NCBI GenBank assembly: GCA_031446145.1
Contig: CP132903.1
Span: 417,214-481,213 of the forward strand
Length of the DNA stretch: 64,000 bases
Source: Arsenophonus sp.
GTDB lineage: Bacteria; Pseudomonadota; Gammaproteobacteria; Enterobacterales; Enterobacteriaceae
Reading direction: 5' to 3'
Of the stretch, positions 46,061-57,130 are shown piece by piece. The notes under the pieces were generated by a model. That model saw nothing but the letters and a program-made list of their open reading frames with translations. It was not told the origin of the DNA and did no database searches. How positions within the stretch are numbered: the stretch's first letter is position 1; each line of letters begins with the position of its first letter. The position numbers and the translations under genes were made by a program.

Positions 46061-46938
46061 TAAAAATTAAAGGATTAATTTTAACATAAAAAATATTTTT
46101 AAATATTAAAATAAAAATGGAAAATCATATATCTAATTTGTATATATTGAAATTAATTTTCTAAAAATAAGTTATATTTAGTAATATAAAGACTGCCTAA
46201 AAAATTGATATCTAAAAATTAAAATAAAGTTATATTTTTAGAATAGATAAGTTTTTAAACTAAAAAATGATTACCATAATGTATAATTTTTGAAAGTTAT
46301 TTTTTTAGAATATATAATATCTGCTAGATAAATTTTTTTGCAGTCAAAATATAAAATTGCTTTGAATAAATCCAGTTATATACGTATAGTGATTTGATGT
46401 TATTAATATTATTGTAAAATTATTATTTTATCAGTTTCTATATGTTTTAATAAAATTATATGGTATTTATATGATATTTATTTTTCTAATTTTTTTAATG
46501 CTCCTTATTAATATTAATATAATAGATATATGAAAAAATTAATATTGTATATTTTTAATAGTAAAATTTATAATAGAAAAAATACTTTTAACATAAAAAA
46601 TAAATTTTGTGCATTTTTTTATTCTATAAAAAGTTATTAAGTGACTACTAAAAGATTTTTTATAAAATAGGAATAAAAAATAATAAGAACTTTTTTAAAA
46701 AAGTAATTTTTTATTAAATATAAAAAATATTTTTAAATAATTTTAATAGCTTAAAAATTATTAAATCTTCATATTTTCTAAAGATAAAAATATATTAATA
46801 GAATATTATATAAAATATATTAGGGTGCTTAATTTTTTCATGTTTATGATCTTGATTTTTTTTATATATATATTATCATATTTTTAAAATATCTTTATTT
46901 AAATAAACAAAATTAAAATTTGAGGCTATACTATAAGT

Positions 46939-48801
46939 ATGAAAAAAAAAGAAACCCGTGGATTTCAATCTGAAGTAAAAGAATTATTACAATTAATGAT
47001 ACATTCTCTTTACTCTAATAAAGAGATATTTTTGCGTGAATTAATTTCAAATGCATCTGATGCAGCTGACAAATTACGTTTTAAAGCACTTTCAGAACCA
47101 GATTTATATGAAAATGATGCTGATTTAAAAGTTAGAATTTCTGTTGATAAAAAGAAAAAAACTTTAACTATTAGTGATAATGGCATAGGGATGAATCGTG
47201 AAGAAGTTATTGATAATTTAGGAACTATTGCTAAATCAGGCACTAAAAATTTTTTAAATTCATTAGGAAAAGAAAAAAATACTCAATTAATTGGTCAGTT
47301 TGGTGTTGGTTTTTATTCAGCTTTTATTGTGGCTGATAAGGTGACGGTATATAGTAGAGCAGCTGCTGAACCTATCGATAAAGCTATTTTTTGGGAATCA
47401 ACAGGAGAAGGTGCATATACAGTTGCAGATGTTAATAAAACACAAAGAGGTACCGAAATTATATTGCATTTACGTACAAATCAAGAAGAATTTTTAGATA
47501 TTGCACGTTTGCGTTCTGTTATTAGCAAATATTCAGATCATATTGCACTTCCAGTAGAAATCCAAACTAAAAATGAAAAAGATGATACTTTAATTTGGGA
47601 AAAAGTTAATAAAGCGCAAGCGTTATGGACACGCAATAAAAATGATATTTCTTCTGAAGAATATAAAACTTTTTATAAATACATTTCAAATGATTATGAA
47701 AATCCGTTATTATGGAGTCATAATCGTGTAGAAGGCAAGCAAGAGTATACTAGTTTGTTATATGTACCTATTAAAGCACCATTTGATCTATGGAATCGTG
47801 ACAATAAACATGGTTTAAAGCTTTATGTTCAGCGTGTTTTTATTATGGACGAAGCTGCACAATTCATGCCTCATTATTTACGTTTTATTCGTGGATTAAT
47901 TGATTCAAATGATTTGCCATTAAATATTTCTAGAGAAATATTACAAGATAGTGATGTCATTCGTAATTTACGAAATGCGCTTACAAAACGTGTATTACAA
48001 ATGTTAGAAAAATTAGCTAAAAATAAAGATAAAGATTATCAAAAATTTTGGCAGGAGTTCGGATTAGTCTTAAAAGAAGGCCCTGCAGAAGATATCACTA
48101 ATAAAGAAACTATTACTAAATTATTGCGTTTTGCATCTACTATTAATGATACTAGTGTACAAAATGTTTCTTTAGATAGTTATGTTAATAGAATGATTGA
48201 TGGTCAAGAAAAGATATATTATATTATTGCGGACAGTTATCTTGCTGCAAAAAATAGTCCACATCTAGAATTATTTAATAAGAAAGGTATTGAAGTTTTG
48301 TTATTATTTGATCGTATTGATGCATGGATGATGAATTATCTATCTGATTTTAAAGGAAAATCTTTTCAATCTATTAATAAAAACGATGAATCATTAGAGA
48401 AACTTTCTTTTCAAGATAAAAAAGAGCAAGAAGAAACCAAAAAAAAATTAGAACCTTTTGTGGAGAGAGTAAAAAAAATATTAGGTGAAAGAGTTAAAAC
48501 AGTTAAGTTAACTTGTTTTTTAACAGATACACCTACTGTTTTAACAACAGATGCTAATGAAATGAGCACCCAAATGTTAAAACTTTTTTCTGCTGCTGGT
48601 CAACCAGCACCAGAAATAAAATATAATTTTGAAATTAATCCTGATCATCCATTAGTTAAAAAAGTGATTAGCATTAAAGATGAAAAATTATTTTCTGAAT
48701 GGATAGAAGTATTATTAGAACAAGCCTTATTGGTAGAAAAAAGTTCTTTAGAAGATCCTAATCAATTTATTCATCGTATTAATAAATTGTTTTTGCAATA
48801 A
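46939..48801 (+). CDS. htpG: Chaperone HtpG (Hsp90)
   Basis: 620 aa; [12 protein letters not shown] and GQFGVGFYS motifs. Confidence 0.97.
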   Translation: MKKKETRGFQSEVKELLQLMIHSLYSNKEIFLRELISNASDAADKLRFKALSEPDLYENDADLKVRISVDKKKKTLTISDNGIGMNREEVIDNLGTIAKSGTKNFLNSLGKEKNTQLIGQFGVGFYSAFIVADKVTVYSRAAAEPIDKAIFWESTGEGAYTVADVNKTQRGTEIILHLRTNQEEFLDIARLRSVISKYSDHIALPVEIQTKNEKDDTLIWEKVNKAQALWTRNKNDISSEEYKTFYKYISNDYENPLLWSHNRVEGKQEYTSLLYVPIKAPFDLWNRDNKHGLKLYVQRVFIMDEAAQFMPHYLRFIRGLIDSNDLPLNISREILQDSDVIRNLRNALTKRVLQMLEKLAKNKDKDYQKFWQEFGLVLKEGPAEDITNKETITKLLRFASTINDTSVQNVSLDSYVNRMIDGQEKIYYIIADSYLAAKNSPHLELFNKKGIEVLLLFDRIDAWMMNYLSDFKGKSFQSINKNDESLEKLSFQDKKEQEETKKKLEPFVERVKKILGERVKTVKLTCFLTDTPTVLTTDANEMSTQMLKLFSAAGQPAPEIKYNFEINPDHPLVKKVISIKDEKLFSEWIEVLLEQALLVEKSSLEDPNQFIHRINKLFLQ

Positions 48802-48955
48802 AGGTTATTTTGTTACATTTTAAAATGTGCATTATAGCATCAATTATTTTTATGTCAATAATGAACAAATTATTAATTACTTACGCAATTTATAGAATAT
48901 GTATATTTTAATAATGTATAATTTATAAGAAATATAAATATAAAAGGATTACGTA

Positions 48956-49600
48956 ATGTTTATTATTTTACTTGGTGCCCCAGGTTCAGGTAAGGGCACC
49001 CAGGCCGATTTCATTGTAAAAAAGTACGGGATACCTAAAATTTCAACTGGTGATATTTTGCGTAATGAAATAAAAAAAAACAAAAAATTAGGTATACAAA
49101 TAAAAGAATTAGTCAATAATGGTAAACTTGTTACGAATGAAATAGTAATTGCTTTAATCAAAAAACGTATAGTACAAAATGATTGTAAAAACGGATTTTT
49201 GTTAGATGGATTTCCTCGTACTATTGCTCAAGCAGCAATAATAAAAAATATAGGTATTTCCATAAAATATGTTTTAGAATTATGTGTATCTGACGATATT
49301 ATCATTGAACGTATTACTGGTCGTCGTATTCATAAATCATCTGGTCGTATTTATCATATTAAATTTAATCCACCAAAAATAAAAAATAAAGATGATATTA
49401 CTGGTGATGATTTAATTATTAGAGACGATGATCAAGAAGATATAATACGTAAACGATTAATGGAATATCATCAGTTTACGAAACCTGTAATTGATTATTA
49501 TCGTAAGGAAGCTATTAATGGGCATACTAATTTTATTAAATTGAATGGCAGTAGTGAAATCGTTAAAATCAATAAACAATTAGTAAATATTTTTGGTTGA
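48956..49600 (+). CDS. adk: Adenylate kinase
   Basis: 214 aa, as in E. coli; P-loop LLGAPGSGKGTQ, FLLDGFPRT. Confidence 0.96.
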   Translation: MFIILLGAPGSGKGTQADFIVKKYGIPKISTGDILRNEIKKNKKLGIQIKELVNNGKLVTNEIVIALIKKRIVQNDCKNGFLLDGFPRTIAQAAIIKNIGISIKYVLELCVSDDIIIERITGRRIHKSSGRIYHIKFNPPKIKNKDDITGDDLIIRDDDQEDIIRKRLMEYHQFTKPVIDYYRKEAINGHTNFIKLNGSSEIVKINKQLVNIFG

Positions 49601-49744
49601 TTTATTTATAACTATCTATATACGTTTAGCATAAATACATTGTATTGTTTCATATTATTTTGCTTATTCTTATCCAATAAAATATATAAAAAATATATTA
49701 TAATCATAAATTATGATTAATGAAAAAATTGGAATTTTATAAGT

Positions 49745-50713
49745 ATGAAAATTAAAAAAAATGGTGTATTATTGGTTAATCTAGGTACCCCGGTTGCACC
49801 TACACCATTATTCATAAAACGTTTTTTAATTGATTTTCTTAGTGATTTACGGGTTATCGATCTTTCTAAAATCATATGGAAACCATTATTATACTGTATT
49901 ATTTTGCCATTGTGTATATCAAAGTTAGTAAAACGTTATCAATCAATTTGGACAAATTGTGGATCTCCACTATTATATTATAGTGTTGAACAGAAGATAG
50001 CATTATCAAAACAATTATCTGGTATCCCTGTTGAATTAGGAATGACTTATGGTTTCCCTTCTATTGCACAAGCAATCAATGCATTATTAACAAATAATAT
50101 TGATAATATAATTGTTTTACCACTTTATCCACAATATTCTAGTACAACAACAGCAGCTGTTTTTGATGCTGTTAGTTTAGTATTTAAAAATTATCGCACG
50201 ATACCTGCATTAAATTTTATTCGGAGTTATGCAAATCATCCTTATTATTTAAGTGCATTAAAAAATTCTGTTGAGTTAAGTTTTGCCAGATATGGAGTGC
50301 CAGAGCGATTATTGCTTTCTTATCATGGTATCCCAAAACGTTATGCAGAATCTGGTGATATTTACCCGCAAGAGTGTAAGTTAACAACCTTTTTGCTAGG
50401 TAAATTAATAAATTTTCCTAGTAATAAAATTATAATGACTTATCAATCACGGTTTGGATGGGAAACTTGGCTTGAACCATATACTGATACTACTTTAAAA
50501 AAATTAGCTAAAAATGGTATTAGACATGTTCAATTATTATGTCCAGGTTTTTCTGTAGATTGTTTAGAAACTTTGATAGAAATTGCAGTAGATAATAAAA
50601 AAATATTTTATGAAGCTGGGGGAGAAAAATATTTTTATATCCCTGCATTGAACGCTTTAGATAGTCATATTATTTTGATGCATGAGTTAATCAGTAATTA
50701 TATATCATCCTAA
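49745..50713 (+). CDS. hemH: Ferrochelatase
   Basis: 322 aa; LLVNLGTP, PLYPQYSSTTT and SYHGIP motifs; adk-hemH order. Confidence 0.95.
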   Translation: MKIKKNGVLLVNLGTPVAPTPLFIKRFLIDFLSDLRVIDLSKIIWKPLLYCIILPLCISKLVKRYQSIWTNCGSPLLYYSVEQKIALSKQLSGIPVELGMTYGFPSIAQAINALLTNNIDNIIVLPLYPQYSSTTTAAVFDAVSLVFKNYRTIPALNFIRSYANHPYYLSALKNSVELSFARYGVPERLLLSYHGIPKRYAESGDIYPQECKLTTFLLGKLINFPSNKIIMTYQSRFGWETWLEPYTDTTLKKLAKNGIRHVQLLCPGFSVDCLETLIEIAVDNKKIFYEAGGEKYFYIPALNALDSHIILMHELISNYISS

Positions 50714-51356
50714 AAATATCATTCTAAAATATAGATTTTGTTTTTTTATATAGTGTAATTTTTTTGATATATTTTATGTTTTGTTATTAAATATAATTTT
50801 AGCAAAAAAATAAAAAGTAATTTATAGATTTTTTTAAGTTTTGATAGAAATCATTTGTAATCATAGATCAAATATTTTCAATTATTTTTTATTAAAGATA
50901 TTTAACATGCTAGTTATTATTTAATAAATATATAAATAATGTTTATTACTTTTTATTATATATTATAAATACCTTTAGATTTTAATAGTTAAAAAAGAAT
51001 ATTGTGATCATCTATTTTTTTACAAAAGTATTTTTTATGTTCCTACAATATTTTTATTTTTTAAAAAAAAGATTTTTAATCATTTTTATTATATAAGTTT
51101 TATAGCTAATGCTCATATAAATCATTAATATTATTCATATGAATTTATCAGAATTTTATATTAATAATAAATTTTTATATTATTTTTTTAGATATATAAT
51201 AATTTTATTAATCGTTATATTTTTTATGTTTTTATTTTGTAGTTTTTTATTTTAAAAAATAAATATTTTTTTAAAATATATGAAACTGTATTAAATATTT
51301 TTTGAATTAATTAAAAAATATTACATAAATAATAATTTTAAATTAATTATAAATAT

Positions 51357-52580
51357 TTATATATATTTATGTAATATTTCTTGATTTTTTTTGTTTTTTG
51401 TTTTTTTAAAATAATAGTCTAGTAAATTAAATAACAATGGATTAATCATAATAGAAATAATAGAACCAGATAACACTAAATTAGACGTTTTCTGATCAAA
51501 CACATTCAGTGCCGTTCCCATGTCTGCTAAAATAAAAGAAAATTCACCTATCTGTGCTAAACTAATTGCAATAGTTAATGCAAAATGACTATTTTGAGTA
51601 AAGACTTTTATTAATATTAATGCAGCGAGTGATTTTCCAATGGTAATAATTAATAATATAAAAAAGATAGCTAATGGATTTTCCAGAAAAATTATGGGAT
51701 CTAATAACATGCCTACTGAAACAAAAAATAAAACCATAAATGCATCGCGCAAAGGCATTGTATCCTGTGCGGCACGATGACTAAGTTTAGATTCTTTTAA
51801 CATCATTCCAGCAAAAAATGCTCCTAGTGCAAATGAAGAATTAAATAATGTTACAGATATGTAAGCAATTCCTAGTGCTAGAACTAATACAGCTAATGTA
51901 AATAATTCACGAGAACCAGTTTCTGCAGTATGTCTTAATATCCATGGAATAAATTTCTGACCCATTAAAAGTGTGATAATAATAAAAATAATGATTTTAC
52001 AGATAGGAAAAGTTAATTGAATTATTAATTCTTGAAAGCTGAGATGATTATCTATGATACCAGCAATTCCAGGTAGCAATATAAGTATTAATATTATAAA
52101 TAAATCTTCGACTATTAACCAACCAATTGTAATTTTTCCTATTTCTGTATTAATTAATGCTCGTTCTTCTAAGGAACGTAATAAGACTACAGTACTAGCT
52201 GTTGAGAGACAAAGGCCAAAAATGATCCCTTTAAAGATTGCCCAACCAAAAAATATTGCTAAACTTAGTCCTAATAAAGTTGCAGTAAATATTTGGAAAA
52301 TAGCACCAGGTATTGCAATAGATTTTACTGATAAAAGATCTTTAAATGAAAAATGTAAACCAACTCGAAACATTAACAATATAACACCGATTTCAGCTAA
52401 TTGATTTGCTAAATTACTATTTGCAACAAATCCCGGTGTAAATGGACCTATAAGAACACCAGCAAATAAATAACCTACTAAAGGTGATATTTTTAATTTT
52501 TGTGTAATCATACCTAAAAGATATGCAAGAGCGAAACCAGTAATAATTGTTGTAATTAGAGCTGTTCCTGAATAATCCAT
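51357..52580 (-). CDS. ybaL: CPA2-family cation:proton antiporter YbaL, membrane domain only (407 aa)
   Basis: Strongly colinear with E. coli YbaL residues 1 to about 400 (ISPLVGYL.AGVL.GPFTPGFVA, GWLIVEDL, GSRELFTL, SLAQIGEFSFILA), but lacks the roughly 150-aa C-terminal KTN/RCK domain. Confidence 0.9.
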   Translation of the reverse strand: MDYSGTALITTIITGFALAYLLGMITQKLKISPLVGYLFAGVLIGPFTPGFVANSNLANQLAEIGVILLMFRVGLHFSFKDLLSVKSIAIPGAIFQIFTATLLGLSLAIFFGWAIFKGIIFGLCLSTASTVVLLRSLEERALINTEIGKITIGWLIVEDLFIILILILLPGIAGIIDNHLSFQELIIQLTFPICKIIIFIIITLLMGQKFIPWILRHTAETGSRELFTLAVLVLALGIAYISVTLFNSSFALGAFFAGMMLKESKLSHRAAQDTMPLRDAFMVLFFVSVGMLLDPIIFLENPLAIFFILLIITIGKSLAALILIKVFTQNSHFALTIAISLAQIGEFSFILADMGTALNVFDQKTSNLVLSGSIISIMINPLLFNLLDYYFKKTKNKKNQEILHKYI

Positions 52581-54054
52581 CTAATTTCCTTTTTGAATAG
52601 ATTTAAAATATATCGTTTAAAATGTGATTTTTATCAATTTTGAAGCATGAATGTTTATTTAATAATAATTATGAAGAATCACACTAAAAAAAACAACAAT
52701 AGTTTATTTTATGAAGTTTAAATGATTGATAATACGTAAACATAATTTATTTTTTTAAATTTTCCTGATTATAGTATTTTTGTTAAAATTACGAAAATTT
52801 TTATTTATAATGATGATTTTTTTAAAAATTTGTGATATAAAATTAAAATTTAGTAGAAAATTTATAAAAATTATCCGATGAGATATATTTATCTAAAATT
52901 TTTTTCGTAAAAATTATACTTATATTGAATAAATACATACGAATTTAAAATACTAAAAATTAAAATCACAAGTTATTTGTAAAAATATTAATATCATCAA
53001 TTTTTAAAATAATGTTTTAAATTAATATAAAAAGTGATGTTTAACTTCTAAGTACAGAAATATTTTTATTATAAAAATTGTAAAAATAATATTCATATTA
53101 CTTAATTTTTCATTATGCTCGAAGTTTGTTTAAAAAATCACGGATATCAATTTGGTTAATTAAAATATAATGTTCAAATTGATTATTAAAAATATAAAAC
53201 TAATATTTGATATTAAAAAATTAATATAGTGCTATTTTTTAATAGCACCATTATTGATATTTTTATAGTTTGTATAATTCTTATAAAGAATGCTTTTATT
53301 TTTATAGTTTTTATATAAAATTTTTTAAATATTTTTTAAATTAATAAACTGTATATGAGCATTATTACTTAATATATTTTTTGGCATGCATTTTATTTAA
53401 ATTATTAAATAATAAATTTAATTATATTAAAAGTTATTTTTTTGTTTTAAATAGTTATAATAAATTTAGACAAATATATTAATTTAATTTTGATTATTAA
53501 TTTTTTATGAAATATTAAAATATTATTTTTAGTTTTATGAAATTTTAAATATAGCAATAAAAAATAAAAGATTTATGAAGTTAAAAAGCGTTATATGCAA
53601 TAATAAATTTAAAATAAAGTTTTTAGCATACTTTTTGTTTTTTATATAACTATATTTTATATAAAATATAAATATGTTATTTTTATCATTGTTTTATTTA
53701 AAAAATGTAAAAAACAGTTAACTATTTATAAAAGTTAATTTTTTATATTAAATATTATAAATGATTATTTTTTTAGATTTCCTAATATATTTTTATATTT
53801 TTATATTTAAAATTATAAGCAATCACGTTTTAAAATTCTTTTTTAATAAATTTTTAAAAAAATTTTGATAATACATAAAAACGTATTGCGGTATTATAAT
53901 ATATTATAAATTAATATTTTTTAATTTATTTATGTTAATTTTATAAATCATAATTAAAAAGATATTAAATATTAACTTCGTTAAAAATTGTAATTTTTAT
54001 TAGTTTATTAATAAAGTAATATTTTTTGCTTTTTTATTTATATGGAAAATAATT

Positions 54055-54678
54055 ATGTTAAAGGTTTATCTTGTTCGTCATGGAGAAACTGAATGGAATG
54101 TTGCTAAATGTATTCAGGGGCAATCTGATAGCCCCCTTACAAAAGTTGGCATAAAACAAGCTAAATTAGTTGCTAAAAGAATTCAATCAATTGGTATAAC
54201 TCATATTTTATCTAGTGACTTAGAACGTACTAAGAAAACAGCAGAAATTATTGCGAAATTTTGTCATTGTGATGTTATTTTTGAGCCACGATTACGGGAA
54301 TTAAACATGGGGGTACTTGAAGGTCGGCCAATGAATTCTTTGAATGATGAAGAAGAAAGTTGGTGTTACAATTTAGTTAATGGATTACCTGGGGCACGTA
54401 TTCCTAAAGGTGAATCTATGGAAGAAATAACAGAACGGATGTTTTCTACTTTAGAAGAATGTCGTTTATTACCAGTAAATAGTAAACCTTTATTGGTAAG
54501 TCATGGGATAGGATTAGGTGCATTATTAAATTATATACTTGGTGTCCCACTTAATGCCCAAAGACGTCTACGTTTGCGCAATTGTTCTCTTTCAAAAGTA
54601 GATTATCAAAAAAGACCTTGGTTACAATATGCATGGATTTTGGAAACAGCAGGAGATATTTCTCATTTAAAAGAATAG
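54055..54678 (+). CDS. gpmB: Probable phosphoglycerate mutase GpmB (histidine phosphatase family)
   Basis: VYLVRHGETEWN..IQGQSDSPLT...LRELNMGVLE...LVSHG...RLRLRNCSLSKVDYQ is colinear with E. coli GpmB. Confidence 0.9.
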   Translation: MLKVYLVRHGETEWNVAKCIQGQSDSPLTKVGIKQAKLVAKRIQSIGITHILSSDLERTKKTAEIIAKFCHCDVIFEPRLRELNMGVLEGRPMNSLNDEEESWCYNLVNGLPGARIPKGESMEEITERMFSTLEECRLLPVNSKPLLVSHGIGLGALLNYILGVPLNAQRRLRLRNCSLSKVDYQKRPWLQYAWILETAGDISHLKE

Positions 54679-55679
54679 TGTTTAAAGAAAAATATAAATT
54701 TAATAATACGCCACTTGTTTTATAAACAAAGTATCAGTGAACTTATTTTTTGATTTTTTTACATTACTTTAATGTTTATATAATATTATTGTTTTTTAAT
54801 TTTCTTAAATATATAAACATAATTTATCTTATTAATTTTTATAGTGAATATGAAATTATTAGTGCATAATACCATTATTTTTATATCATAAAATATTTTT
54901 TGATTATGATAAATTCTTTTTATGTATAATAAATTTTATTGATAAAAGATTTTTATTAAAAATTTTTAGATATTTTTATAATTATTAAAGTTTATTTATT
55001 ATATAATATAATAAAAATATTTTTAATATCATAAATTAATAAATTAATTTTTATAGATCTGATTTTTTTGTGTTTGCTATTATTATGAATAAAATGTATT
55101 ATTTATTTGCAATAAAAATTCAAAAATAACATTTTTTTAAAAAAACAAAAAATCACACAGTTTTTTATAAAATAGTATTTATTTTTATTTGTTTTTTTTA
55201 GATTAAATTAAGAATCAAGAATATTATTGTAAGCGTATTCAGATTAATGATAAATAGATATTATTGTTTTAATTTGTTTAAATATTTAGGTTAACTAGAT
55301 TTTAAAAATCTAAAATGTAAAATTTATTAAAATTTACATATTTTTTGTAAAAAATGTTTTCAAATATATTAACAATGTTGCGCAATATTTTTAATAAAGA
55401 TAAAATTCGCAATTTTTTGAAGAAATATCTTAATTCGTCTACTGAAAATTAATTCTGTAATTTAGATTTGCGCTATTTTTTCATAGAAATTGGATATAAT
55501 AAATTTAAAATAAAAATTAATTTTTATTAAAAAACTAACAAAAAATCATGAGAGCAATTTTTATTATGCTAGGATTTTTCATATTTTTAATGAATGTATT
55601 TTGACATTAAATTTTAATATTATGTATATCCCATAAAACATTTTTTTAAATTTTATGATTATGAGAATAGGATTTAAAA

Positions 55680-56633
55680 ATGATTGATAAATTAACATCT
55701 TTGCGTGAAATAACAAGAGTTGTAGCTGATACTAGTAATATTATTGATATAAAAACTTACAAGCCAGAAGATGCAACAACAAATCCTTCTTTGATTTTGA
55801 ATGTAATTCAAATACCAGAATATAAAAAACTAATACATGAAACAATTCGATGGGCCAATAAAAGCAATCTTTCAAATAAGGAACGTATAATTAATGCATG
55901 TGATAAATTAGTAGTCAATATTGGTGTAGAAATTCTGAAGCATATTCCAGGAAAAATTTCAACAGAAATTGATGCTCGTTATTCTTATGATGAAAATGCT
56001 TGTATCAAGAAAGCTCGTCGCATCATTGAACTTTATAATCATTCAGGTATTAATAATGATCGTATTTTAATAAAATTAGCTGCAACCTGGCAAGGAATTC
56101 GTGCTGCAGAGAAATTAGAAAAAGAAAATATTCATTGTAACATAACTTTAATGTTTTCTTTTGCTCAGGCGCGTGCTGCTGCTGAAGCTGGTGTTTATTT
56201 AATTTCACCTTTTGTAGGTCGTATTTTTGATTGGCATCAAGAACATGTTTTTCAAAAAAGTATTAATTTAAAAGAAGATCCAGGAGTCATTTTTGTAAAA
56301 AAAGTTTATGCTTATTATAAGCGACACGGATATAAAACTATAGTAATGGGAGCCAGTTTTCGTAATAGTAATCAAATTTTACAATTGGCGGGTTGTGATT
56401 GTTTAACTATTTCGCCGAAATTACTTCAAGAACTTTCTAACATAAAAGGTGCAGTAATTCCTCAATTGAAATTTGATGGTCCATTTGCTAAAGCTCCTAA
56501 GTCTATAACAGAAGAGAAATTTTATTGGGAACATAATTTTGATGCGATGGCATCAGAAAAATTAGCTGATGGTATTCGTAAATTTGCTGTTGATCAAGAA
56601 AAATTAGAAAACATTTTAGCTAAAGCAATATAA
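55680..56633 (+). CDS. talB: Transaldolase B
   Basis: 317 aa, as in E. coli TalB; VVADTSNI...ATTNPSLIL...[16 protein letters not shown]...[12 protein letters not shown]. Confidence 0.95.
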   Translation: MIDKLTSLREITRVVADTSNIIDIKTYKPEDATTNPSLILNVIQIPEYKKLIHETIRWANKSNLSNKERIINACDKLVVNIGVEILKHIPGKISTEIDARYSYDENACIKKARRIIELYNHSGINNDRILIKLAATWQGIRAAEKLEKENIHCNITLMFSFAQARAAAEAGVYLISPFVGRIFDWHQEHVFQKSINLKEDPGVIFVKKVYAYYKRHGYKTIVMGASFRNSNQILQLAGCDCLTISPKLLQELSNIKGAVIPQLKFDGPFAKAPKSITEEKFYWEHNFDAMASEKLADGIRKFAVDQEKLENILAKAI

Positions 56634-56792
56634 TATTTTCACTAAAAACACGTTACTGTAATACAGTAGTATTATATTGCATAATATGATCCTTAATTTT
56701 GTAAAATTTTATTTTTTAAGTTACTTACCTTAATAAATCTGTAAGTCATAATTATTTAGTTAAATAGCTTTTAAAATTTATAATATAAAAAT

Positions 56793-56849
56793 AATATTTC
56801 ATAATTCAAAATGAAATATTTCGAATATGTTACTTTTTAAGTAACATAT
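56793..56849. terminator. Two adjacent perfect hairpins (10-bp stem at 56793-56820; 11-bp stem at 56825-56849) between talB and the dnaK promoters
   Basis: AATATTTCAT/ATGAAATATT with an 8-nt loop, then ATATGTTACTT/AAGTAACATAT with a 3-nt loop. The stems are almost pure A/T, so function is uncertain. Confidence 0.3.
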
Positions 56850-56930
56850 ATATCACATATATAATATATGTACACTGTACACGCATTTAAATACGCAAAA
56901 AAGTGCATAGAAAAAATATTTTTTGCCTGC

Positions 56931-56964
56931 CCCCCTTGATGAATACTTTTATGCCCCCATTTTA
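56931..56964 (+). promoter_or_regulatory. Sigma-32 (RpoH) heat-shock promoter, equivalent to dnaK P1
   Basis: CCCCCTTGATGAATACTTTTATGCCCCCATTTTA versus E. coli dnaK P1 CCCCCTTGATGACGTGGTTTACGACCCCATTTAG. The -35 CTTGA and -10 CCCCATtT keep canonical spacing, and this is the only C-run in any spacer of the window. Confidence 0.8.
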
Positions 56965-57050
56965 ATTTAAAAGTGTAGTTACTAATTGGTCAATCTATCA
57001 ACTTATCGTAGAGTATTCGTAGGTAGATTTTTTGAGGTCAGGGTAAAAAA

Positions 57051-57084
57051 TTCCTTGAAAAAAAGATTTTTAAGCCTCATATAT
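57051..57084 (+). promoter_or_regulatory. Second sigma-32-like promoter, equivalent to dnaK P2
   Basis: TTCCTTGAAA-N14-GCCTCATATAT versus the consensus CTTGAA-N13-17-CCCCATnT. It sits 47 nt upstream of the dnaK ATG, in the position of E. coli P2. Confidence 0.55.
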
Positions 57085-57130
57085 TTTTTGGTAACTAAAG
57101 TAGTTAACAATTCCCTTTTGGAGGCTTTAG

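Noticed and set aside
56654-56668. TACTGTAATACAGTA palindrome just after talB, resembling a LexA SOS box
   Set aside because: The LexA consensus is CTGT-N8-ACAG (a 20-bp site). Here the half-sites are only 3 nt apart, so it cannot be a canonical SOS box. It is more likely a small talB 3' hairpin or chance.
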